Assembly (NCBI GenBank): GCA_027494115.1
Contig: JAOSJL010000001.1
Coordinates: forward strand, 2,661,937 to 2,725,936
Length of the DNA: 64,000 nucleotides
Source of the DNA: Acidimicrobiia bacterium
GTDB lineage: Bacteria > Actinomycetota > Acidimicrobiia > IMCC26256 > JAOSJL01
Direction of reading: 5' to 3'
Below, piece by piece: positions 8,102 to 17,476 of the stretch (positions within the stretch are counted from its first letter, which is position 1; the number at the start of each line of letters is the position of its first letter). A program made the position numbers and the translations under genes. A model generated the notes under the pieces. The model was not told the DNA's origin, made no database searches, and saw only the letters and a list, made by a program, of their open reading frames with translations.

Positions 8102-9706
8102 GTGCCGACCGACCCCCGCGCTCCGTGCATCGTCGGAGTGGCGACACGCACGTGGCACCCGCCCGCATCCGGCGAGCCCGACGCGCCCGAACCGCTCGAC
8201 ATGTGGGAGCACGTGGCCCGGGAGGCGGCCAGGGATTCCGAAGGCGGGTCAGATGGCGCGCTGACCGCACGGCTCGACTCTGTCGACGTGGTCTACTCGC
8301 AGACCTGCCAGTACGACGACCCCGCGGGACGTCTCTCGCAGCGACTCGGCGCGTCCCCGCTCCGCCTGCACTACTCCGGTATCGGCGGGACGACGCCCCA
8401 CCTCCTGCTCGCCGGCGCAGCAGAGCGGATCCTCGCCGGTGGAACTGATGTGGCGCTGGTCACCGGCGGTGAAGCGCTTGCGACCAAGCGCTCGTACAAG
8501 AAGAGCGGCGAGCGACCGGAGTACTCCTTCCCACCGGCCGAAAAGCCCGCGTTCCCTTGGGAAGCACCGTTCAACCCGGCCGAGGTCGCGCACGAGGTCT
8601 TCCAGGCATGGCTCACGTTCGCCGTGTTCGACAACGCCCGGCGGGCACATCTCGGCACGGACCTCGGCACGTACCGGGCGCAGATCGGCAGAATGCTCGC
8701 GCCCATGACCACCGTCGCCGCTTCCAACCCCGACGCGTGGTTCCGCACCGAGCGTTCGGCCGACGCGATCGTGTCGCCGACAGCCACCAACCGGATGGTC
8801 GGGTATCCGTACACCAAGTACATGGTCGCGGTCATGGACGTCGACATGGCCGCTGCGGTGATCCTCACGAGTCACGAAGCCGCCGACGACCTGGGGATCG
8901 ACGCGGACCGACGCGTCTACCTCCGTGGGTGGTGTCACGCCACGGATCCGGTGCCTGTGGCCGAGCACGCCGAGATGTGGCGTTCTCCCGCCATGGTGGC
9001 GTCGAGCGCCGAGGCGATGCGGCCGGCTGACGTCGACATCGACGACGTCGCCCACGTCGACCTCTACAGCTGTTTCGCCAGCTCCCTGCATTTCGCCCGC
9101 GATGCGCTCGATATCTCCGCCGACGATCCGCGTCCGCTCACCGTCACCGGTGGACTGCCCTACCACGGTGGACCAGGCAGCAACTACGTGACCCACTCCA
9201 TCGCGGCCATGGCACGCACGCTGCGTGACGATCCCGGTTCCTTCGGACTCGTGAGCGCCGTCGGTATGCACATGACCAAGCACGCCTACGCCTTGTACTC
9301 CACCGAGCCGGGCGCCGTGTCGGTGCCCGACGAGATCGGCGTCCAACGCGACCTCGACACGCAGCCCCGGCCCAAGATCGTGCACGAACACGCGGGGGCC
9401 GCGACCGTGGCGGCGTACTCCGTCGTTCACGGACGTGACGGCTCTCCCGAATGGGGACTCCTCGTCTGCGACATCGAGGGAGGCGATATCGCGGAGGAGG
9501 ACGACACCCACACGCGCTGCTACGCGCGCCTCGAGGACCCCGATGAACTCGTCGCTGCCGAGGAGTCGGAGCTCGTCGGGTGCACGGTGACGCTCACGCC
9601 CGAACGGCGAGACGGCCCGGCCGGCCCTCAGATGGTCAATCGGGCAGTTCTCCGCGGGCCGGCACGCGGGCGACCAGGAGGATCGACAGGCCGAACGGCA
9701 GGTTGA
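8102..9706 (+). CDS. thiolase-superfamily protein (acetyl-CoA acetyltransferase-like, ~530 aa type)
   Basis: Track ORF 7679..9706 trimmed to GTG 8102 (VPTDPRAPCIVGVATRTW...). Thiolase-like core (LVTGGEALA, DLYSCFASSL, TVTGGLPYHGGPGSNY). The last ~25 aa overlap the convergent gene, so the 3' end is uncertain. Confidence 0.7.
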   Translation: MPTDPRAPCIVGVATRTWHPPASGEPDAPEPLDMWEHVAREAARDSEGGSDGALTARLDSVDVVYSQTCQYDDPAGRLSQRLGASPLRLHYSGIGGTTPHLLLAGAAERILAGGTDVALVTGGEALATKRSYKKSGERPEYSFPPAEKPAFPWEAPFNPAEVAHEVFQAWLTFAVFDNARRAHLGTDLGTYRAQIGRMLAPMTTVAASNPDAWFRTERSADAIVSPTATNRMVGYPYTKYMVAVMDVDMAAAVILTSHEAADDLGIDADRRVYLRGWCHATDPVPVAEHAEMWRSPAMVASSAEAMRPADVDIDDVAHVDLYSCFASSLHFARDALDISADDPRPLTVTGGLPYHGGPGSNYVTHSIAAMARTLRDDPGSFGLVSAVGMHMTKHAYALYSTEPGAVSVPDEIGVQRDLDTQPRPKIVHEHAGAATVAAYSVVHGRDGSPEWGLLVCDIEGGDIAEEDDTHTRCYARLEDPDELVAAEESELVGCTVTLTPERRDGPAGPQMVNRAVLRGPARGRPGGSTGRTAG

Positions 9707-11255
9707 ACCGGCCCAGCAGCGCCGCCTCCGCACGCGCCAGAGCATCACCGAGGCGGTTCATCCAGGGAGCCGCCAGGCTCACCTCGTCCTGGGTGCGGCC
9801 ACCCGCCAGGCGTCGCAGCGGTGTCCGGCGGATGAGCAGCGCCAGGGGGACGAGCCACGAGTGGAAGTACGTGGCGCGTTCGATCTCGAGCCCGGCCAGA
9901 CGGGCGGTCCGCACGAGTTCGCGAATCGTGTAGCGACGACGATGGCCCAACGCCTCATCGTGATCACTCCAGGCCCACGCATACGCGGGGACCGTGAGAA
10001 CGATCCTTCCCCCGGGTCGCACCACCCGCCCGTACTCCCCCAGGGCAGCAACCTCGTCGTCGAGGTGTTCCACGACGTCGAGTGACGTCAGGACGTCGAC
10101 ACGGTCATCGCCCAGCGGAATCCGTTCGGCCGACGCGCGCAGGAACTCCGGGCCGGCGATGCGATCGGCACGCGCGAGATCGAGGGCGTGTGCACTCGGA
10201 TCGATCCCTACGGCGAGGCGGTAGTCGGGAGTACCCAGTTCGTTCACGGTCGCGCCCGTGCCACACCCGACGTCGACGAGGCGACCGCGCTCCACGCGGA
10301 GATCGTCGAGCGACCGGGCCACGAGACGACGCTTGGCGCGGAACCACCAGTGGTCACGTTCGACACCTGCCATCACGTCGAAGCGCTCGTGGTCCATCTC
10401 CCCCACGTCCGGCGACCACGTGCGCAGACTGCGGCGAAGGCGGAGGACGTCGACCACCGCCCTCGTCCCGTCACGCACAGTTCGAAACCGGCTGTTCTCG
10501 TCGTGCGCCCACGGAATCGGGATCTCGACGATGTCGAGCTCCGCTACACGCGCGCGTGAGAGCACCTCCACGTCGAAGGCGAAGCGTTCGATCCGCAGAT
10601 CGCGAAACAGCATCACGGCGGCGTCGCGGGTGAACGCCTTCAGCCCGCATTGCGTGTCGTGGAAGTCGGTGAGATCCACCTGGTGGAGAAGAGTGTTGAA
10701 CGCCTTCCCGGCCCAACGACGAAACAGGGACGGCTTGGCGCGGATGTCGCTGTCGGGGTGGACCCTGGACGTGACGACGAGGTCGGCCTCACCCGCTTCG
10801 ATCAGCTCGAAACACCGCGTGATCGCCTCCACGGGCGCGGAGAGATCGGCGTCGGAGAAAGCCACCACCGGGCCCCGGGAGACGGCGACGCCTGCGGCGA
10901 TCGCCCCACCCTTGCCGTGGTTCGTGCCGAGGCGGATCACCCGGGCACGGAGCCCGTGCACTCCGACCGCCTTCTCGGCCAGATCCGCTGTGCCGTCGTC
11001 GCTGCCGTCATCGACGAAGACGAGCTCGGTGTCGCCTCGGGCCAGCTCGGAGGCCGCGAGGGCGCCGACCGAGCGCTCGATCCGGGCCGACTCCTCATAC
11101 ATGGGGATGACGAGGGTGCGGGCGACGGGCCGGGCGTGGGAGGCGGGCGGTGACTCCACGCCGGCCGCGTTGCCGCCTGCCACGGCGTTGCCTCCCACGG
11201 CGTTGCCTGCCGCAGCATCACCTGCCACAGCTTCGGGGCCTTGCACGCCGGGCAC
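9636..11255 (-). CDS. bifunctional GT2 glycosyltransferase (DPM1/PpgS-like polyprenyl-phosphate glycosyltransferase) / class I SAM-dependent methyltransferase
   Basis: GT2 half: VIPMYEE, VFVDDGSDDGT, NHGKGGA, SDADLS, QCGLKAF. MT half: VDVGCGTGAT motif I, LDVVEHLDDE, RPGGRIVLTVP. The GTG 11255 start is uncertain, and the first ~45 aa are a G/N/A/V-rich imperfect 15-bp repeat. Confidence 0.8.
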   Translation of the reverse strand: MPGVQGPEAVAGDAAAGNAVGGNAVAGGNAAGVESPPASHARPVARTLVIPMYEESARIERSVGALAASELARGDTELVFVDDGSDDGTADLAEKAVGVHGLRARVIRLGTNHGKGGAIAAGVAVSRGPVVAFSDADLSAPVEAITRCFELIEAGEADLVVTSRVHPDSDIRAKPSLFRRWAGKAFNTLLHQVDLTDFHDTQCGLKAFTRDAAVMLFRDLRIERFAFDVEVLSRARVAELDIVEIPIPWAHDENSRFRTVRDGTRAVVDVLRLRRSLRTWSPDVGEMDHERFDVMAGVERDHWWFRAKRRLVARSLDDLRVERGRLVDVGCGTGATVNELGTPDYRLAVGIDPSAHALDLARADRIAGPEFLRASAERIPLGDDRVDVLTSLDVVEHLDDEVAALGEYGRVVRPGGRIVLTVPAYAWAWSDHDEALGHRRRYTIRELVRTARLAGLEIERATYFHSWLVPLALLIRRTPLRRLAGGRTQDEVSLAAPWMNRLGDALARAEAALLGRFNLPFGLSILLVARVPARGELPD

Positions 11256-11348
11256 GGTACCAGCAGCGCCCTGGAACCCCGCTCTCCGCGTCCCCGGATT
11301 CCGGGAGGTTCCGCTAGCCTGTTCGCTTCACGTGTACAGGAGGTCTCC

Positions 11349-11576
11349 GTGCCCAGCTTCGCCTATCTCGACGGTGGCAGCGCCAGCGTACTCCTGGGGG
11401 GGGTTCTCGCGATCTTCGCCGGAATCGCAGTCTTCGCCCGGATGATCTGGCACAAGATCCGTCATCCCTTCGGCGGCGGTGCTTCAGACGCCGACGCCGA
11501 CGCCAACGATGAAGACGTCCATCTCACCGACGACTCCGAAGACACCGACTCGGTCCCGAGCGTCGATCAGGCCTGA
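11349..11576 (+). CDS. small single-pass membrane protein with acidic C-terminal tail
   Basis: Track ORF 11241..11576 trimmed to GTG 11349, preceded by AGGAGG 6 nt upstream. VPSFAYLDGGSASVLLGGVLAIFAGIAVFARMIW is followed by a D/E-rich tail. 75 aa. Confidence 0.6.
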   Translation: MPSFAYLDGGSASVLLGGVLAIFAGIAVFARMIWHKIRHPFGGGASDADADANDEDVHLTDDSEDTDSVPSVDQA

Positions 11577-11629
11577 CGCGCGCCTCGACTTCGTCGGTTC
11601 CCGCACCCAGCGCACGAGTCCACCACGCC

Positions 11630-13048
11630 GTGACAACTCCCCGGGCTGAGCCCTCGTCGTTTCGCGATCCCGCGAACGCCGTCTTCTACGCCGATGGGCG
11701 AGTGCTTCGTGGCTTGAACGACAAGGCCACGGCCGACTGGGAAGCGGTCAACGCCACGAAGTTCTTCCCCAAGCTCCTCGCCGACGGGCGCGTCGTCGCG
11801 ACCCGCGAAGCAGACGCGTCGGTCGTCGCGGGTCTGGGAAGCGACGCCGGTTGGGCGACGGTCCTGGAGCACGACCGGATCCCGTTCATCTCGTATCCCT
11901 ACGAGTGGACGTTCTCGATGCTGCGCGACGCGGCGATTCTCCATCTCGAGATCCTCCTCGAGGCGCTCGAGGAGGATGTCACGATGAAGGACGGCTACGC
12001 CTACAACGTGCAGTGGCGCGGGACGAGTCCGACCTTCATCGACACGCCGTCGTTCGAGCCCGCCAAGACGATCGGGCCGTGGATCGGCTACCGGCAGTTC
12101 TGCCAGACGTTCCTGTATCCGATGATGCTCCAGGCGCACAAAGGCGTCTCGTTCCAGCCATTCCTCCGCGGTCAGGTCAACGGCCTCACACCCATCCAGA
12201 TGGATGAGCTCATGAGCTTCCGCGACCGCTTCCGCAAGGGTGTCTTCAAGAACATCTATCTCCACGCCCTGCTGGAACGCCGCTACTCCGACAAGTCGAC
12301 CCAGGACACACTCGACAAAGTCAAGAAGGACAAGAAGTCGACCTTCAACACCGAGGTCCAAAAGGCTGTCATCCGCAAGCTCCTGAAGCTGAGCACGAAG
12401 CTGAAGTGGAAGAAGGCGAACTCCACGTGGTCGGACTACCTGGAGATCTGCTCCTACTCCGACGCCGACGCGGAGGCAAAGAAGGCCTTCGTCGGCAAGG
12501 CCGCCGCATCGCGCCACCGCAGCCTGGGCTGGGACCTCGGCTGCAACGAAGGGACCTACACACGGATCGCCGCGCAGCACTGCGACCAGGTCATTGCCGT
12601 CGACGGTGACGACCTCGTGGTCGACCACCTCTACCGGTCGCTGCGCGAGGACGGAACCACCAACATCCTTCCCCTCGTGATGGACCTCACCGATCCGTCG
12701 CCCGGCATCGGGTGGCGTAACCGGGAGCGACGGCCCTTCACCGAGCGGAGCAAGCCGGATCTGGTGATGACTCTCGCTCTCCTCCACCACCTCGCGATCG
12801 CAGCGAACGTGCCGCTCGCCGAGGTTGTCGACTGGCTCCACTCGTTCGACGCCGAGATGATCGTCGAATTCGTGGACCGCCCCGACCCGATGGCCCAGCG
12901 GCTCCTCGCCAACAAGCCCCCGGAGATCCACGCGGACTACGACCTCGAGCACTTCGAGAAGATCTTCACTGCGGCATTCGACGTGCGCGAGCGCGAGGAG
13001 CTCCCGGGCGGGACGCGCGTGATGTACCACGCGACCCCCCGCGCTTGA
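11630..13048 (+). CDS. class I SAM-dependent methyltransferase with a long N-terminal domain
   Basis: The N-terminal SFRDPANAVFY...YPYEWTF region is followed by an LGCNEGTYT motif-I-like element and LALLHHL. 472 aa. The stop overlaps the next start (TTGA). Confidence 0.7.
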   Translation: MTTPRAEPSSFRDPANAVFYADGRVLRGLNDKATADWEAVNATKFFPKLLADGRVVATREADASVVAGLGSDAGWATVLEHDRIPFISYPYEWTFSMLRDAAILHLEILLEALEEDVTMKDGYAYNVQWRGTSPTFIDTPSFEPAKTIGPWIGYRQFCQTFLYPMMLQAHKGVSFQPFLRGQVNGLTPIQMDELMSFRDRFRKGVFKNIYLHALLERRYSDKSTQDTLDKVKKDKKSTFNTEVQKAVIRKLLKLSTKLKWKKANSTWSDYLEICSYSDADAEAKKAFVGKAAASRHRSLGWDLGCNEGTYTRIAAQHCDQVIAVDGDDLVVDHLYRSLREDGTTNILPLVMDLTDPSPGIGWRNRERRPFTERSKPDLVMTLALLHHLAIAANVPLAEVVDWLHSFDAEMIVEFVDRPDPMAQRLLANKPPEIHADYDLEHFEKIFTAAFDVREREELPGGTRVMYHATPRA

Positions 13049-15252
13049 GCACGACGCGCAGTTCCGCCACGCGTCGCTCCCCCGCTGAGCGTCGCGCCGT
13101 CTCGGAACTGCGGGCCTTTCTCGAGATCTTCGCCCTGTGCGGATTCGCCATCGCGCAACCCGTCCTCGACGTGTTCGGCAAGGCTCCGTCCGAGTTCGTG
13201 TTCCGGGGCGCCGGTGCCGCCGACATCGTTGTGTTCGGCCTGATCGTCACCTTCGTCCCCGCACTGATCCTGTGGGTGATCGAGGCGGTCGTCGGCCTCG
13301 TCAACCGGCGCGCCCGACGATGGGCCCACACGGCCTTTCTGGCCGTTCTGGCCGGGTTGTTCGTCCTCCTGCTCGTGAAGGAGGCGTCGGGCCTTCGCGG
13401 TCTGCTGCTCGCAGTGCTCGCTCTGGCAGCCGGAGCCGGGTTCGGCTACCTCTACCTGCGGGTGGAATCGACCCGCACGTGGCTCGCGTACGCCTCGATC
13501 GCACCGCTGCTGTTCCTCGGGCTGTTCCTGTTCTCGTCACCCGTCTCCAAGCTTCTCGGCGGCAACGAGGCGGAGGCGGCACAGCTCGACGGGATCGAGA
13601 ATCCCGCTCCGGTGGTGCTCGTCATCCTCGATGAATTCCCCCTGGCGTCGCTGATCGACGCCGACGGCGAACTCGATTCCGAGCTGTACCCGAACTTCAC
13701 CCGATTCACCGAGGAGGGCACCTGGTACCGGAACGCCACCGCCGTGACGCAGTACACCGGGCGCTCCATACCGGCCATCCTCACGGGCCGCTACCCGCAG
13801 GGACAGGACGACCCGCTCGCGAGCGACCACCCCGAGAACCTCTTCACCCTCCTCGGCGACAGCTACGACCTATCCGTGAGCGAGAGCACGACGCGGCTGT
13901 GCCCCACCAATCTCTGTGGGGAGTCGGGAACCGCGGGCCCCACCTCCTCGGGGGGCCTGGGCGGCCTGCTCGACGACGCTCGGGGGGTGTGGCGAACGCA
14001 GGTGGGCCTCGAGGACAGCGACGCCAATGCCACGTCGGGCTTCGTGGACGACACCGACGTCGAGTCGAACACGGCCGTGGCGGAGGCAGAGGAGGACCAG
14101 CAGGAGCTTCCGAACGCGCTCGGAGAGGCTGCCTTCCCGCAACCCGAGCGATTCGAGTTCCTTCTCGACTCGGTCACGAACCCCGGAGCACACCTCTCCT
14201 ACCTCCACATCCTCCTGCCCCACGTCCCGTACCGCTATCTGCCCGACGGTCGGCTCTACCCCGGTCCGGAGAACCAGCCCGGCGACGTCGACAACGCCTG
14301 GATCGACGATCCGGCGCCCGTCGACCTCGCCCGCCAACGTGAGCTCCTCCAGATCCGCTACGTGGACTCCCTCCTGGGCGATCTCATCGACACCATGAAG
14401 GACGCGGGCACGTGGGACGACGCCCTCGTGATGATCACCGCGGACCACGGCAGCGCCTTCATACCGGGTGAGTCCCTGCGCGGAACCGGGCTGGAGGACA
14501 TGCCCGACGCGCTCTATCCGCAGATCGCCTGGGTACCGCTCTTCGTCCACTACCCCGGGCAGAGTGGCGGGGACGGTTCCGGTTCGGCCGAAGAGATACC
14601 GCCCGCCGGTGAGATCTCCGACGCCAACGTCGAAGGTGTCGACCTCCTCCCGACCATCGCCGACGTGCTCGGCGCGGAGATTCCCTGGGGCGTCGACGGG
14701 TTCTCGATGCTCGACACCGACGCACGCCCGACCGACGAGAAGACTTTTTACGAAGCGAAGAGCGGCGGCGGTCACGTGGACGCGCGGGAACGCCTCACGT
14801 TCAACGGCGCCGACTACTTCCCCGACGTCCTCGCACAGGGCGTCGAGTCGATCCTGCCTGCCGTCGGCGACCCTCTGCGGTCCTACCGGATTGGTGAGGG
14901 TGTCGATCTCGTCGGCATGTCCGCCGACAACGTAGATGTCGTCGACCCGTCCGTGTCGGGTGGCGTCACGGGCACACTCGACCAGGACCTCCTCGAGCGT
15001 GACGTCGATCCCGACGCGGGCTCGATCCCCGTGTATCTGTCCGGACACGTCGAGGGTTTGAACGAACCCGCCACGGTGGCCGTCGGGCTCAACGGGAGAA
15101 TCGGTGGTGTGGCGCGGACGTTCGAATGGGACGGCCACGATCACTTCTTCGGCGTCATGCTGCCACCCGAGTTCCTGGTCGCCGGACCGAACGACATCCA
15201 GCTGTTCCTCGTGCGCGACGGCGACCTGATTCTGATCAGCCCGGGCTCGTGA
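13045..15252 (+). CDS. membrane-anchored alkaline-phosphatase-superfamily phosphotransferase (LtaS/EptA/OpgB-like; usually annotated as sulfatase)
   Basis: About 5 N-terminal TM segments precede an extracytoplasmic domain with ILDEFP (metal ligand), QYTGRSIPAILTG (Thr nucleophile position) and ITADHGSAF (DH metal ligands). No C/SxPxR formylglycine motif. 735 aa. Confidence 0.8.
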   Translation: MSTTRSSATRRSPAERRAVSELRAFLEIFALCGFAIAQPVLDVFGKAPSEFVFRGAGAADIVVFGLIVTFVPALILWVIEAVVGLVNRRARRWAHTAFLAVLAGLFVLLLVKEASGLRGLLLAVLALAAGAGFGYLYLRVESTRTWLAYASIAPLLFLGLFLFSSPVSKLLGGNEAEAAQLDGIENPAPVVLVILDEFPLASLIDADGELDSELYPNFTRFTEEGTWYRNATAVTQYTGRSIPAILTGRYPQGQDDPLASDHPENLFTLLGDSYDLSVSESTTRLCPTNLCGESGTAGPTSSGGLGGLLDDARGVWRTQVGLEDSDANATSGFVDDTDVESNTAVAEAEEDQQELPNALGEAAFPQPERFEFLLDSVTNPGAHLSYLHILLPHVPYRYLPDGRLYPGPENQPGDVDNAWIDDPAPVDLARQRELLQIRYVDSLLGDLIDTMKDAGTWDDALVMITADHGSAFIPGESLRGTGLEDMPDALYPQIAWVPLFVHYPGQSGGDGSGSAEEIPPAGEISDANVEGVDLLPTIADVLGAEIPWGVDGFSMLDTDARPTDEKTFYEAKSGGGHVDARERLTFNGADYFPDVLAQGVESILPAVGDPLRSYRIGEGVDLVGMSADNVDVVDPSVSGGVTGTLDQDLLERDVDPDAGSIPVYLSGHVEGLNEPATVAVGLNGRIGGVARTFEWDGHDHFFGVMLPPEFLVAGPNDIQLFLVRDGDLILISPGS

Positions 15253-17476
15253 AGCAGACGCCCAAGCGGCGCGCCGTCGCCGAGGTGCGCGCGTTCCTCG
15301 AGCTCTTCGCCCTGTGCGGCTTCGCCATCGCTCAGCCGGTCCTCGACGTCTTCGGCAACGCTCCGTCCGAGTTCGTCTTCCGCGGCGCCGACACCGCCGA
15401 CATCGTGGCGTTCGGGCTGATCGTCACCTTCCTTCCGGCCGCTGTGCTGTGGGCCGTGGAGGCTGCTGTCGGGCTCGTCAGCGCGGTCGCACGACGATGG
15501 GTGCATCTCGCGTTCCTGGCGGGTCTCGCGGCGCTGTTCCTGCTCCAGTTGGTCAAGGACGTCAGCCCCGTGAGGGGTTTGTTGCTCGGCATCCTGGCTC
15601 TCTCGGCTCTGGCCGGCTTCGCGTGGTTGTACCTCCGCGTGGCGGCGACCCGCACGTGGCTGGCGTTCGCTTCGATCGCGCCATTGCTGTTCCTCGGCCT
15701 CTTCCTCTTCTCTTCACCCGTGTCAGAGCTACTGGGTGGCAACGAGGCCGAAGCGGCTCAGCTCGGCAATGTCAAGAACCCAGCACCCGTGGTGCTGGTC
15801 GTGCTCGACGAGTTTCCCCTCACCGCGCTGATCGACGCCGATGGCAGCCTCGACGCCGAGCTGTACCCGAACTTCGCCCGATTCTCCGACGAAGGCACCT
15901 GGTACCGAAACGTCACCGCCGTCACGCAGTACACGGAGAAATCGGTTCCCGCGATCCTCACCGGGCGCTATCCGGAAGGCTCGGGTCTCCCGCTCGCCAG
16001 CGAGCACCCCGAAAACGTCTTCACCCTCCTCGGTGACAACTACGAGCTCTCCGTGAGCGAGACGACGACACGTTTGTGCCCGTCCAATCTGTGTGCGGCG
16101 GACTCGGGAAGCGCGGGCACGTCCGGGGGCCTCCGCGCGTTGTTGAGCGACGCCCGCAGCGTGTGGCGGACGCAGATCGGTCTCGAGGACAGCGACACCG
16201 ACCCGACGACAGCCTTCGCCGACGACGTCGACACGGAAAACCGCGTTGCCGTCGCCGAAGCGGTAGCCGACGAGCAGGACTTGCCGAAGCTCGTGGACGA
16301 AGCCGTCGTCCCCCAACCCGAGAGGTTCGAATTCCTCCTCGACGGCGCTGCCGAGCCGGGTGCCCATCTCACCTACCTCCACATGCTCCTCCCCCATGTG
16401 CCGTATCAATACCTGCCCGACGGACGCGTCTATCCGGGCCCGGCAGTCCAGCCCGGCCGCGACGCCGATGAACTCAGCGGCACGTGGGTCGGTGACGCGG
16501 CACCCGTCGACCTGTCCCGCCAGCGGGAGCTCCTCCAGGTTCGATACGTCGACGCACTCATGGGTGAGCTCATGGACACCATGAAGGAGGCCGGCACCTG
16601 GGACGACGCCCTCGTCATCGTGACCTCCGACCACGGCAGCGCCTTCATCCCCGGCGAGTCGCCGCGCGGCAGCGCGCTGGAGGACATCCCCGAGGAGCTC
16701 TACCCCCAGATCGCCTGGGTTCCGCTCTTCGTCCACTACCCCGGGCAGAGTGGCGGGGACGGTTCCGGTTCGGTCGAAGAGATACCGCCCGCCGGTGAGA
16801 TCTCCGACGCCAACGTCGAGGGGGTCGACATCGTGCCGACCATCGCCGACGTGCTCGGCACGGAGATCCCCTGGACCGTCGACGGGTTCTCGATGCTCGA
16901 TCCCGACGCACGCCCCACCGATGAGAAGGTCTTCTACGAGGCCCGCTGGTTCGGGCAGATGGATGCGGGAACCCGTGTCGAGTTCGACGGCTCGGAGTTC
17001 TTCCCCGATGTCCTTGCCCAGGGAGTCGATTCGATCCTTCCCGCCGTCGGCGATCCGCTGCGTTCCTACCGGATCGCCTCCACCATCCCCGAAGGCGTCG
17101 GCTGCGGTGGCATCGCGTGTGGAGGCTTCATCGGGTTGACTGCTGACGATGTAACGGCGCCCGATACGTCGAGCTCGGACGGCATCACGTTCTCACTCGA
17201 TCAGGACCAGCTCGACGGCGACGTGGATCCCGCCGCGAGCTCGGTGCCCGTCTACCTCAGTGGACACCTCGAGGGAGCGACCGAGACCGAGACGGTCGCT
17301 GTCGCGCTCAACGGCCGCATCGGCGCAGTGACGGACACCTTCCCTGGGACGGCCAGGACAGCTTCTTCGCCGTGATGCTCCCCCCGGAGTTCCTCGTGGC
17401 GGGTCACAACGACGTCGAGCTGTTCCTCATGAGCGAAGGTGACCTCGTACCTGTCAGTCCCCCCGGCGCCGGATGA
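15249..17476 (+). pseudogene. paralogous LtaS/EptA-like phosphotransferase, frameshifted near the 3' end
   Basis: GTG 15249 overlaps the upstream stop (GTGA). Collinear with 13045..15252. After ...GAVTDTF the paralog-like tail WDGQDSFFAVMLPPEFLVAGHNDVELFLMSEGDLVPVSPPGAG* is in the +1 frame. One C is missing at the CCC run 17342-17344. Span is 2228 nt (3n+2). Confidence 0.8.

Noticed and set aside
11164-11230. Imperfect 15-bp repeats (CACGGCGTTGCCTSC-like) encoding GNAV-rich sequence at the 5' end of the GT2-MT gene as a meaningful VNTR.
   Set aside because: The units are degenerate, and it is unclear whether this stretch is translated at all because the start codon is uncertain. It is not strong enough to report as a finding.
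11567-13030. 487-aa minus-strand ORF fully antisense to the methyltransferase gene. Similar long antisense ORFs occur at 8249-9748, 13870-15144, 15729-16736, 20275-21726, 40303-41676, 53326-54801 and 60682-62058.
   Set aside because: All lie opposite genes with clear family motifs. Their translations are R/G/D/V/H/P-rich, low-complexity and motif-free, which is the usual stop-codon-poor antisense frame of a high-GC genome.
13045-17476. Annotation of the two membrane-anchored alkaline-phosphatase-superfamily proteins as sulfatases.
   Set aside because: There is no C/SxPxR formylglycine motif, a Thr sits at the nucleophile position, and the N-terminal polytopic anchor matches LtaS/EptA-type phosphotransferases instead.
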